From: Octopus bimaculoides
Lineage: Eukaryota
Assembly: GCF_001194135.2 (NCBI RefSeq)
Contig: NC_068981.1
Coordinates: 192,529,101 to 192,593,100, forward strand
Reading direction: 5' to 3'
Length of the DNA stretch: 64,000 nt
Shown: positions 60,705-64,000 of the stretch, piece after piece
Layout: every line of letters starts with the position of its first letter
How positions within the stretch are numbered: the stretch's first letter is position 1
Notes under the pieces: generated by a model
Seen by the model: only the letters and a program-made list of their open reading frames with translations
Told to the model about the DNA's origin: nothing
The model's database searches: none
Position numbers and translations under genes: made by a program

Positions 60705-61718
60705 GAAACATGGAACAAACTACCTGCATCAGTTGTTAGTTGTTGAGACATTGCATCCTTTAAAACCTCCATGCTTCCTGAAATTCACCAACACTACACC
60801 TGATCTTCCCTCCCTCCGTATGCATGCACACATGTATATCACGACTCATACACTGTTCACTTTCCTGACTTTTGTACATAATTCTATGTACTATACATGC
60901 ACCTTTGATTAGTTGTAGTGCACCTGAGCAGTATACGCAATAATTTCATTGTTATTATTATTATTTATTATTATTGTTATATAGTTTAAATTTACAAAAA
61001 AACAAAAGACAAAGACAAGTGTAGAAACAACAAGCAGGTGTATTAGTTTGACACTCAGGAAAACTGGAAAAGTCTTTTACATTTCAAACCTATGCTCTTT
61101 GACAGAAAGGAAGAAGAGGAAAAAATGGAGAGAGAATGAAAAAAAAAACAAAAAACGGAGAGAGAGAAAAACTGTAAAGTTCAATGGTCCAACATGAGAT
61201 ATATGTATATCTCACATGCGATATATATATCTCACATGCGATATATATATCTCACAACCCTGGCTGACCAAGATTGTATTCTTGCACACACACATTGATA
61301 GATAAATAGATAGATAGTGAGAGAGAGAGTGAGAGAGACAGAGAGAGAGAGACAGACAGATAGCTAGCTAGCTAGATAGATATAGTGATCCTGCCTTGGA
61401 TATACAGTGGAGTTGTATCAACGACTCAGTGCAGTATTGGTACAACAAAAATTTGTGCTCCAAAATAATAAAGTGAAGTTAATAATTCTTGTGTGTTTTT
61501 GAATGGCTAATATATATGTTTCACCCCGTGATTATGTTATAAAAAACATGTCTTTTAAAAGATAACAAATTAAATTTGGTTTTCAGAATTTAAGCACACA
61601 AGATGTCATGAACCATGTGGTTGCCAGAAAGATCTACATTGATTCTGACACTGAAGCATCATCATATAAAACTTTGGCAGGTCAGAGCGTTCGGTTACAA
61701 AAGAGTTCCTCAGGTGAA
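837..61718 (+). CDS. Stabilin-like (EGF/FAS1 repeat scavenger-receptor family) gene, internal portion, 37 exons, about 1455 aa; 5' and 3' ends outside window
   Basis: 37 AG/GT(GC)-bounded exons join in one open frame with matching phases. Alternating EGF clusters and FAS1 pairs (H1 YTVFVP/YTFLAP/YTLFVP, H2 [24 protein letters not shown]) and CC-xGFFGP-x-C-xx-CPG linkers match the stabilin-1/2 architecture. No symbol given because 1:1 orthology cannot be established here. Confidence 0.92.
1469..1765 (+). mobile_element. tRNA-derived SINE, family A, full length with TSD
   Basis: A-box-like GGCGAGATGGCAGAA, B-box-like GAGTTCAAATTCC. 18-bp TSD aagaaacatgtctaaatt at 1450-1467 and 1764-1781. Confidence 0.85.
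1895..2460 (-). mobile_element. RTE-clade LINE reverse-transcriptase remnant
   Basis: Degenerate minus-strand peptides [41 protein letters not shown] and [19 protein letters not shown], matching RTE RT motifs (GKILARILLNRL..PESQCGFR, FVDLTKAFD, RISKASSAFGRL). Confidence 0.75.
2805..2927 (+). CDS. Exon 2: [43 protein letters not shown]
   Basis: ttcatag|AA...CAAG|gcaagt (GC donor); 123 nt, phase 1-1. Confidence 0.88.
2965..3300. repeat. (TACA)n/(CATA)n compound microsatellite
   Basis: Directly visible. Confidence 0.9.
3888..4087 (+). CDS. Exon 3: EGFs [16 protein letters not shown]...CVFLGPGQ
   Basis: ttttcag|CT...CAG|gtaagt; 200 nt, phase 1-0. Confidence 0.93.
5505..5638 (+). CDS. Exon 4: [17 protein letters not shown]...[10 protein letters not shown]
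   Basis: ttttccag|AGA...TC|gtaagt; 134 nt, phase 0-2. Confidence 0.92.
6288..6351 (+). CDS. Exon 5: [21 protein letters not shown]
   Basis: ctttaag|G...GTT|gtaagt; 64 nt, phase 2-0. Confidence 0.92.
7032..7403 (+). mobile_element. Foldback element family D copy (opposite orientation, left arm partly deleted)
   Basis: Same arms, loop and tail as the 13492 copy. Confidence 0.83.
7647..8073 (-). mobile_element. Tc1/mariner transposase C-terminal remnant with TIR
   Basis: QDGATAHT...[15 protein letters not shown]; end TA|CAGGGTGTTCCAAAAG; truncated by an N-gap. Confidence 0.85.
8327..8900 (+). mobile_element. Family C (RTE 3' UTR/tail) copy with an expanded ~62-bp unit array
   Basis: Same tail as the 9520 LINE; 5-6 tandem units. 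Confidence 0.8.
9520..10753 (-). mobile_element. RTE-clade LINE 3' end (RT C-terminus + 3' UTR + (GAT)n tail); source of family C
   Basis: [11 protein letters not shown]...[17 protein letters not shown]...[19 protein letters not shown], then [17 protein letters not shown], continuing into the UTR and the tail ...gcatggaaaacggacgttaaacgatgatg. Confidence 0.88.
11205..11475 (+). mobile_element. Family C2 element (different body, same RTE-type tail); other copies at ~14770-15010, ~41190-41350 and ~46735-46990
   Basis: cttgcttggaaa..gagggttg..caggaagggcatc..gcaagcatggaaa..gacgttaaaac(gat)n is shared among the four copies. Confidence 0.6.
11608..11772 (+). CDS. Exon 6: FAS1 start [10 protein letters not shown]...[21 protein letters not shown]
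   Basis: ttcatag|CAA...ACT|gtaagt; 165 nt, phase 0-0. Confidence 0.9.
13492..13923 (-). mobile_element. Foldback element family D, most complete copy (164-bp inverted arms + hammerhead-like loop + ~55-bp unique tail)
   Basis: Arms 13492-13655 and 13705-13868 are near-perfect reverse complements; three other copies in the window. Confidence 0.85.
13658..13700 (-). ncRNA. Candidate minimal type-I hammerhead ribozyme (family D loop)
   Basis: CUGUG-CUGACGA-AGGGAAAUAACCUG-GAAA-UCGCGA-UA-UACAG; activity untested. Confidence 0.55.
13937..14077 (+). CDS. Exon 7: FAS1 [21 protein letters not shown]...[14 protein letters not shown]
   Basis: tttcag|TTT...AAG|gtaaaa; 141 nt, phase 0-0. Confidence 0.88.
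14336..14558. mobile_element. piggyBac-like MITE (family G); copies at 34348-34569, 34590-34675 (partial), 26292-26902 (interrupted), ~45287-45500
   Basis: TTAA|CCCTTTTG...CAAAA(G)GG|TTAA ends (degenerate in some copies) and a shared ~220-bp body. Confidence 0.72.
14641..14765 (-). mobile_element. Family C tail copy
   Basis: (CAT)n-tttaacttccgctttccatgctg. Confidence 0.78.
15627..15773 (+). CDS. Exon 8: FAS1 H2 GKKLILKF...[27 protein letters not shown]
   Basis: ttctag|GGT...TAT|gtaagt; 147 nt, phase 0-0. Confidence 0.9.
15837..16082 (+). mobile_element. Family C tail copy
   Basis: ggcattaggaaaggcatccagc...catgccagcatggaaaacgg. Confidence 0.75.
16590..17160 (+). mobile_element. mariner transposase pseudogene (N-terminal half)
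   Basis: [37 protein letters not shown], with stops and frameshifts. Confidence 0.85.
17434..17496 (+). CDS. Exon 9: [21 protein letters not shown]
   Basis: attgtag|CAA...ACG|gtaagt; 63 nt, phase 0-0. Confidence 0.82.
17940..18290 (-). mobile_element. SINE family B copy
   Basis: Reverse complement of the 28399 copy. Confidence 0.8.
19696..19809 (+). CDS. Exon 10: FAS1 H1 [38 protein letters not shown]
   Basis: ttacag|CGC...AAT|gtaaat; 114 nt, phase 0-0. Confidence 0.88.
19959..20009 (+). CDS. Exon 11: [17 protein letters not shown]
   Basis: ttgcag|GGA...AAA|gtacaa; 51 nt, phase 0-0. The donor is weak and was chosen because it is the only in-phase option I found. Confidence 0.7.
21920..22000 (+). 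CDS. Exon 12: [27 protein letters not shown]
   Basis: ctaccag|AGA...AAT|gtaagt; 81 nt, phase 0-0. Confidence 0.82.
23635..23790 (+). CDS. Exon 13: FAS1 H2 [11 protein letters not shown]...[34 protein letters not shown]
   Basis: gagtag|GGT...CAT|gtaagt; 156 nt, phase 0-0. Confidence 0.9.
24585..24790 (-). mobile_element. SINE family B copy (5' half)
   Basis: Reverse complement of the 28399 copy. Confidence 0.8.
24974..25033 (+). CDS. Exon 14: [20 protein letters not shown]
   Basis: attgcag|GGA...ACA|gtaagt; 60 nt, phase 0-0. Confidence 0.87.
25337..25980. other. Assembly gap (largest of 8: 1046-1055, 1608-1617, 8074-8306, 25337-25980, 30846-31373, 33467-33727, 55228-55369, 58875-59090)
   Basis: Runs of N, mostly flanked by microsatellites; all intronic. 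Confidence 0.99.
26039..26200 (-). mobile_element. SINE family B copy (5' half)
   Basis: Reverse complement of the family B head. Confidence 0.8.
26497..26820. repeat. Compound palindrome (family H) inside a piggyBac-like MITE
   Basis: Outer arms 26497-26598 / 26718-26820 and inner hairpin 26599-26689. Confidence 0.85.
26944..27039 (+). CDS. Exon 15: [32 protein letters not shown]
   Basis: ttgtcag|GAT...ATT|gtaagt; 96 nt, phase 0-0. Confidence 0.88.
27445..27702 (-). mobile_element. Family C tail copy
   Basis: Matches 9520-9800. Confidence 0.8.
27939..28025 (+). CDS. Exon 16: [29 protein letters not shown]
   Basis: ctttcag|GAT...ACG|gtaaac; 87 nt, phase 0-0. Confidence 0.93.
28170..28380 (-). 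mobile_element. SINE family B copy (3' half)
   Basis: Reverse complement of the family B tail. Confidence 0.75.
28399..28800 (+). mobile_element. tRNA-derived SINE, family B, full length (internal microsatellite)
   Basis: Head ggagtggctgtgtggtaag...gggttcagtccc, CORE-like ggcactttgggcaagtgtctt, tail ggtgctccagcatggcc...gaaacaagtaaaag. Confidence 0.85.
28820..28955 (+). mobile_element. SINE family B copy (5' half)
   Basis: Family B head; left arm of an inverted pair. Confidence 0.8.
28966..29046. repeat. (TA)n microsatellite, about 40 units
   Basis: Directly visible. Confidence 0.95.
29050..29205 (-). mobile_element. SINE family B copy (5' half)
   Basis: Family B head, reverse; right arm of an inverted pair. 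Confidence 0.8.
29280..29740. repeat. GT/TATG-rich compound microsatellite
   Basis: Directly visible. Confidence 0.85.
30195..30240 (+). ncRNA. Candidate minimal type-I hammerhead ribozyme (family E)
   Basis: GCAC-CUGAUGA-A-GGCUG..CAGGC-GAAA-UG-UU-GUGU; this copy is partly degenerate. Confidence 0.55.
30440..30700 (-). mobile_element. SINE family B copy (3' half)
   Basis: Reverse complement of the family B tail. Confidence 0.7.
31564..31794 (+). mobile_element. tRNA-derived SINE, family A, full length with TSD
   Basis: Near-identical to the 1469 copy; 16-bp TSD gaatgtagaaataaaa at 31548-31563 and 31795-31810. Confidence 0.87.
32093..32790 (+). mobile_element. mariner transposase pseudogene (5' TIR + N-terminal half)
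   Basis: TA|TGAGTGGAAGTCAAAAATT start; [30 protein letters not shown], with stops. Confidence 0.83.
32896..33007 (+). CDS. Exon 17: [37 protein letters not shown]
   Basis: ttcacag|TGT...GAGA|gtaagt; 112 nt, phase 0-1. Confidence 0.93.
33864..34041 (+). CDS. Exon 18: [34 protein letters not shown]...ECLENNEIR
   Basis: cttgcag|AA...AG|gtttgt; 178 nt, phase 1-2. Confidence 0.9.
34118..34312 (-). mobile_element. SINE family A-related copy
   Basis: Diverged reverse-complement match to the family A head and core. Confidence 0.7.
34922..35009 (+). CDS. Exon 19: [29 protein letters not shown]
   Basis: gtttcag|A...CAA|gtgagt; 88 nt, phase 2-0. Confidence 0.93.
35076..35202. mobile_element. Tc1/mariner-type MITE (127 bp)
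   Basis: TIRs CAGGGTGTCCACAAAGTCT..GTACATGG / CCATGTAC..AGACTTTGTGGACACCCTG; TA on the left flank. Confidence 0.8.
35305..35715 (-). mobile_element. SINE family B copy, full length
   Basis: Reverse complement of the 28399 copy with an internal (TA)n. Confidence 0.85.
35871..36120 (+). mobile_element. Family E element: tRNA-like head + (AAT)n + hammerhead-like segment; other copies at 25130-25336 (-), 30095-30175 (-), 30176-30330 (+), 43725-43800 (-)
   Basis: TGGTGTAGTGG (A box) and GAGTTCAATTCC (B box), then acac-ctgatga-aggttg..cagcc-aaaacgtgtt. Confidence 0.72.
36530..36682 (+). CDS. Exon 20: [26 protein letters not shown]...CQLSGPGG
   Basis: attgtag|GCT...GGT|gtaagt; 153 nt, phase 0-0. 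Confidence 0.93.
36853..37045 (+). mobile_element. SINE family A-related copy
   Basis: gaaatgcttagcagtatttcg...ctgagttcaaattctgccgggg. Confidence 0.75.
37094..37260 (+). mobile_element. Family C tail copy
   Basis: aagcacccattacactctcggagtgg...(GAT)n. Confidence 0.8.
37600..37810 (-). mobile_element. SINE family A-related copy (diverged)
   Basis: Reverse-complement similarity to the family A core. Confidence 0.6.
37843..37938 (+). CDS. Exon 21: [32 protein letters not shown]
   Basis: ctttcag|TCT...AAT|gtaagt; 96 nt, phase 0-0. Confidence 0.93.
38528..38671 (+). CDS. Exon 22: [48 protein letters not shown]
   Basis: aatcag|GCA...AAG|gtaagt; 144 nt, phase 0-0. Confidence 0.92.
39346..39479 (+). 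CDS. Exon 23: FAS1 H1 [22 protein letters not shown]...NILDLIA
   Basis: tttgcag|GAT...GC|gtgagt; 134 nt, phase 0-2. Confidence 0.9.
39545..39750 (-). mobile_element. SINE family B copy (3' half)
   Basis: Reverse complement of the family B tail. Confidence 0.8.
40315..40576 (+). mobile_element. Helitron Pif1-type helicase remnant
   Basis: [46 protein letters not shown] matches the Helitron helicase motif GLPPHxLxLKxGxPIxxxRNLxPxxLCNGT. Confidence 0.8.
40765..40954 (-). mobile_element. Family C tail copy
   Basis: Matches 9520-9720. Confidence 0.82.
41439..41550 (+). CDS. Exon 24: [37 protein letters not shown]
   Basis: tttacag|G...ACA|gtaaac; 112 nt, phase 2-0. Confidence 0.87.
41600..42012. 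repeat. Trinucleotide run grading into a long (CA)n compound microsatellite
   Basis: Directly visible. Confidence 0.9.
42197..42286 (+). CDS. Exon 25: FAS1 H2 [30 protein letters not shown]
   Basis: cttaaag|GAC...CAG|gtaaga; 90 nt, phase 0-0. Confidence 0.92.
42535..43198 (-). mobile_element. SINE family B copy interrupted at its microsatellite by a family C element (42791-42993)
   Basis: B tail 42535-42760 and B head 43035-43198 are colinear around the insert. Confidence 0.75.
42791..42993 (-). mobile_element. Family C tail copy nested in a family B SINE
   Basis: Matches 9520-9720. Confidence 0.8.
43385..43570 (-). mobile_element. Family F repeat with a hammerhead-like motif; copies at ~1335-1445, ~8905-9070, ~59395-59520, ~60980-61170
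   Basis: Shared gtattagtttgacgctcgg..agtcttttacgtttcgagcctatgctctt..acagaaagg. Confidence 0.68.
43927..44022 (+). CDS. Exon 26: [32 protein letters not shown]
   Basis: cttttag|GTT...CTA|gtaaat; 96 nt, phase 0-0. Confidence 0.88.
46075..46167 (+). CDS. Exon 27: FAS1 H1 [31 protein letters not shown]
   Basis: aaatag|GAT...CTT|gtaagt; 93 nt, phase 0-0; acceptor has a poor pyrimidine tract. Confidence 0.87.
46225..46385 (+). mobile_element. SINE family B copy (5' half)
   Basis: gggttcagttcc...ggcaccttggctatgtgtc. Confidence 0.7.
48282..48410 (+). CDS. Exon 28: [43 protein letters not shown]
   Basis: tttacag|GGT...AAG|gttagt; 129 nt, phase 0-0. Confidence 0.86.
48460..48680. repeat. Higher-order minisatellite of CT/CA runs punctuated by ctcatttt (~65-bp period)
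   Basis: cccacacacctcattttctct...catctcattttctct repeated about 3.5 times. Confidence 0.75.
49202..49330 (+). CDS. Exon 29: FAS1 H2 [43 protein letters not shown]
   Basis: ttgtcag|GTA...AAG|gtttgt; 129 nt, phase 0-0. Confidence 0.9.
50325..50819. mobile_element. Possible hAT-like non-autonomous element with GTTAAC-rich subterminal repeats
   Basis: Imperfect TIRs CAAAGGTGGGC / GCTCACCACTG and many GTTAAC motifs; no 8-bp TSD seen. Confidence 0.35.
51150..51700 (-). mobile_element. Highly degenerate LINE (probably RTE) remnant
   Basis: Fragmentary minus-strand peptide ([15 protein letters not shown]...HGFDTSVM) is weakly reminiscent of the RTE KIRVFK...YGCETW region. Confidence 0.35.
51833..52165 (-). 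mobile_element. Foldback element family D copy, loop deleted
   Basis: Arms and tail present; centre replaced by atatat. Confidence 0.83.
52246..52500 (+). mobile_element. tRNA-derived SINE family J; other copies at ~21530-21690, ~22670-22820 and ~49985-50190 (minus)
   Basis: Shared core ttgctccagtccactcagctgta(a)atggg / cagttgagtggactgga..tgaagtgttttgctcaagaacacaac. Confidence 0.55.
52628..52768 (+). CDS. Exon 30: [18 protein letters not shown]...[22 protein letters not shown]
   Basis: cttttag|ACT...GTT|gtaagt; 141 nt, phase 0-0; paralogous to exons 14-15. Confidence 0.9.
52998..53310 (-). mobile_element. Family C tail copy nested in a family A-related SINE (52940-53430)
   Basis: Matches 9520-9800; family A pieces on both sides. 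Confidence 0.78.
54421..54790 (-). mobile_element. R4/Dong-like non-LTR retrotransposon 3' end (restriction-like endonuclease)
   Basis: [59 protein letters not shown]; flanked by (TAA)n tracts. Confidence 0.78.
54884..54926 (+). CDS. Exon 31: [14 protein letters not shown]
   Basis: tttccag|ACA...GACG|gtaagt; 43 nt, phase 0-1. Confidence 0.9.
55370..55601 (+). mobile_element. Family C tail copy
   Basis: Close match to 8680-8900. Confidence 0.82.
55725..55871 (+). CDS. Exon 32: [49 protein letters not shown]
   Basis: tttccag|AA...TATA|gtaaga; 147 nt, phase 1-1. Confidence 0.9.
56594..56775 (+). CDS. Exon 33: [14 protein letters not shown]...[14 protein letters not shown]
   Basis: tttgcag|AT...AAG|gtaaga; 182 nt, phase 1-0. 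Confidence 0.92.
56925..57240 (-). mobile_element. SINE family B copy
   Basis: Reverse complement of the 28399 copy. Confidence 0.8.
57378..57570 (-). mobile_element. Family C tail copy
   Basis: Matches 9520-9720. Confidence 0.75.
57954..58095 (+). CDS. Exon 34: [21 protein letters not shown]...[13 protein letters not shown]
   Basis: ccatcag|ATC...TCAG|gtacat; 142 nt, phase 0-1. Confidence 0.9.
58497..58624 (+). CDS. Exon 35: [43 protein letters not shown]
   Basis: attttag|CC...GAT|gtaagt; 128 nt, phase 1-0. Confidence 0.9.
58820..59272 (-). mobile_element. SINE family B copy spanning an N-gap
   Basis: Tail before the gap and head after it. Confidence 0.7.
59934..60053 (+). CDS. Exon 36: FAS1 H1 [40 protein letters not shown]
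   Basis: ctttcag|CTT...CAT|gtaaga; 120 nt, phase 0-0. Confidence 0.88.
60140..60420 (+). mobile_element. Family C tail copy
   Basis: Close match to 8620-8900. Confidence 0.8.
61587..61718 (+). CDS. Exon 37: FAS1 [44 protein letters not shown]
   Basis: ttttcag|AAT...GAA|gtaagt; 132 nt, phase 0-0. Confidence 0.88.
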
Positions 61719-61832
61719 GTAAGTGAACTGCAGCCTTTCTTTCTTCTCTCAGCTCAGTCTTTCCATTTGTTGAATCATTTTAAGGGAGAAATTTTTAGTA
61801 AACATGATAAATAAAAAAAATATTACCACCAG

Positions 61833-61988
61833 ATGTAGTGTGGCTGTGTGGTAAGAAGCTTTCTTTCCAACCACATGGTTCTGGGTTCAGTCTCACTGCA
61901 TGGTACCATAGGCAAGTGTCTTCTACTATAGCCTCAGGCCGACCAAAGCCTTGTGATTGGATTTGGTAGACAGAAACTGAAAGAAACC

Positions 61989-62027
<39 letters not shown>

Positions 62028-62730
62028 CAGGGTGGCCCAAAAGTAGGTTTACAGTTATCATGTAGGCACTTTAAATTTCTTTTAAAACATTGTATTACAT
62101 TTGAATTTCTATCTTACAATCATATTGTTTATGCACATCTTAAACAGACAATGTTTAATCTCTCAGATGCTCAAAATGTCCTCCTTCGACATTGCAACAT
62201 TCTTTAAACCTCTTCAGAACACTCTGACACAGTGTGGCACAAATTCCAATCTCCATCAATTTCAGTGAATGTGCCAGAAATGTAATCTTATAATTCATTT
62301 TCTGTTTTGGGATTCTTCTCATAGACCTAACATAGTGTCAGGTCAGGTGAATGTGGTGGTCATTTGATGCTGCCCTGTCTTCCAAACCAATGCTGTGGAA
62401 AGGCTTGGTTAAGGTAGTCTCTTACTGTCAACGCATAATGTGGAGGTGCTCCATCTTGCTGGATAATGGTTTCATATATTTTTATAATTAAGATCTAAAC
62501 TGTTAATATATGAATGTGAAAGAGGGGCCACCCTGTATATATGTATATGTTTGTGTGTCTGTGTTTGTCCCCTCACTGTCACTTGACAACCGATGTTGGT
62601 GTTTACGTCCCTGTAACTTAGCTGTTAGGCAAAAGAGACTGATTGAATAAGTACTAGGCTTACAAAGATTTGTTCACCTAAAGGCGGTGCTCCAGCATGG
62701 CTGTAGTCAAATGACTGAAGCAAATAAAAA
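61833..62730 (+). mobile_element. SINE family B copy interrupted by a Tc1/mariner element
   Basis: Head 61833-61995 and tail 62536-62730 flank the transposon. Confidence 0.82.
62028..62535 (-). mobile_element. Internally deleted Tc1/mariner element with both TIRs and TA TSD
   Basis: TA|CAGGGTGGCCC...GGGCCACCCTG|TA; minus-strand IQQDGAPPHYALTVRDYLNQAFPQHWFGR..PPHSPDLT. Confidence 0.87.
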
Positions 62731-62739
62731 AATGGAAGA

Positions 62740-62980
62740 TGTGATGCCACTAAGCATTTTGCCTGGCAAGCTAATAGTTGTGCCAACTCATCACCTCAGA
62801 GCTAAGAATAATTGTGGTTTCAAATTTTGGTACAAGGCTGGCTATTTCGTGGCAGGGAGTCAGCTGATTTCATTGACCCCCTATGCTCAGCTGGTACTTA
62901 TTTTATTGACCCCAAAAGCATGAAAGGTAAAGTTGACGCTGATAGCATTTGAACTCAGAATGTAAAGACAGGTGAAATGT
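62740..62980 (-). mobile_element. SINE family A-related copy (diverged)
   Basis: ctggtacttattttattgacccc...gaactcagaatgtaaagac. Confidence 0.65.
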
Positions 62981-63078
62981 ATTTTGCTGCCTCAGAGCAG
63001 TGGTTCCCAGCCTTTGGTCTGCAAAGGTAGTACTGGGTGTCCGTGAACCAAATTCAAAATTTCATATATATATGTGCC

Positions 63079-63152
<74 letters not shown>

Positions 63153-63319
63153 GCGAGAGAGAGAGAGATCTGCCAATCAAATTGGCAGATCGAAATGATC
63201 GTCAATGAATCATTATACAATCTCCACATAATTAATTAAATCAATGGCTAACTAGCGCAATTGACCTGCTTCTTCTTGTGTTTGTTTCTCCATTCTCCAC
63301 TTGATTATATACATATATT

Positions 63320-63412
63320 GCTGGCTTGCCAGACCTCAGTCAAACCGTCCAACTCATGCCAGCATGGAAAATGGATGTTAAATGACAATGATGATGATGA
63401 TGATGATGATGA
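63320..63412 (+). mobile_element. Family C extreme 3' tail
   Basis: cagtcaaaccgtccaactcatgccagcatggaaaatggatgttaaatga(tga)n. Confidence 0.75.
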
Positions 63413-63454
63413 TACCTTAATACTTCGATATGTTGATAGATTTTGGCCAGTATT

Positions 63455-63600
63455 TGTTTTTTTCAGTTTCTCTATACCAGACGCACTCACAAATCTTTTG
63501 TTATCTTGGTGTTATAGTAGAAAACACTTGCTCAAGTTGCTGTGAAGTGCGATTGAACCCAAGATCCCATGGTTGGGAAGCAAGCTTCTCTGTCACCCAG
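63455..63600 (-). mobile_element. SINE family B copy (diverged 5' half)
   Basis: ggttgggaagcaagcttc; gtagaaaacacttgctcaag. Confidence 0.65.
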
Positions 63601-63656
63601 TCATATCTTCACTCGTACTCATAGTGGGCATTAAAAGGATAATGATGAAATCCTGT

Positions 63657-63983
63657 AGTAAAGATTGTTTGCCAATATAACATGGCAGTCCTGATTTAGG
63701 ACTAATGTTGCTGTAATTTAGCCCCAGGAGACATTGTCTCAAGCTGGCTATACGACATGATCTGTGTCCTTATATTTTCGAAAAAGGGAATCTGTGTCCT
63801 TATATTTTCGAAAATATAAGGATACAGATCGTGTCATATAGCCAGCTGGAGATGATGTCTCCTGGGGCTAAATTACAGCAACATTAGTCCTAAACCAGGA
63901 CTGCCATGTTATGTTGGCAAACAATCTTTACTCTAAAGTACTGTTGCTGAATATCTCTTGTTGTGAGATTTAAAAATAGTAAT
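63657..63983 (-). mobile_element. Foldback element family D copy, centre rearranged
   Basis: Arms and tail present; centre has a duplicated atctgtgtccttatattttcgaa. Confidence 0.83.
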
Positions 63984-64000
63984 GAAATCTTGTATTTCGT

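Noticed and set aside
61195-61255. Short palindrome/tandem atatatatctcacatgcg repeats
   Set aside because: Explained by TA-microsatellite slippage; too short to support function.
1698-63239. Many ORFs in the track with HT/CV/YI/poly-I/poly-H repeats (e.g. 1698, 2786-3318, 11296, 29107-29793, 41537-42115, 62992)
   Set aside because: They are translations of microsatellites, with no domain content or splice support.

Overview
Eukaryotic, AT-rich, microsatellite- and transposon-dense genomic DNA with 8 N-gaps. The repeat families and composition look like an octopus (coleoid cephalopod) genome; this is recognition-based inference, not proven. The whole window lies inside one + strand gene. I traced 37 exons by hand (837-61718, 4367 coding nt, about 1455 aa) with consistent splice phases. 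They encode a stabilin-like protein: EGF cluster - FAS1 - FAS1 - Cys-rich linker/EGF cluster - FAS1 - FAS1 - Cys-rich linker/EGF cluster - FAS1, and both ends of the gene lie outside the window. Introns contain tRNA-derived SINEs, RTE LINE remnants and their 3' tails, Tc1/mariner remnants, piggyBac-like MITEs, a Helitron helicase fragment and an R4/Dong-like fragment. Highlights: (1) in exon 32, three genomic A's sit exactly where the stabilin linker motif needs G (Y/R/Y instead of C/G/C), the pattern expected of restorative A-to-I editing; (2) three different intronic repeat families carry minimal type-I hammerhead-ribozyme-like motifs, one in the loop of a ~164-bp-arm hairpin and one fused behind a tRNA-like head; (3) the two arms of the hairpin element share copy-private mutations; (4) there is a GC-AG intron and a tandem array of duplicated splice acceptors. 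Most ORFs in the supplied track are microsatellite or N-gap artefacts. Repeat boundaries are approximate (read by eye).
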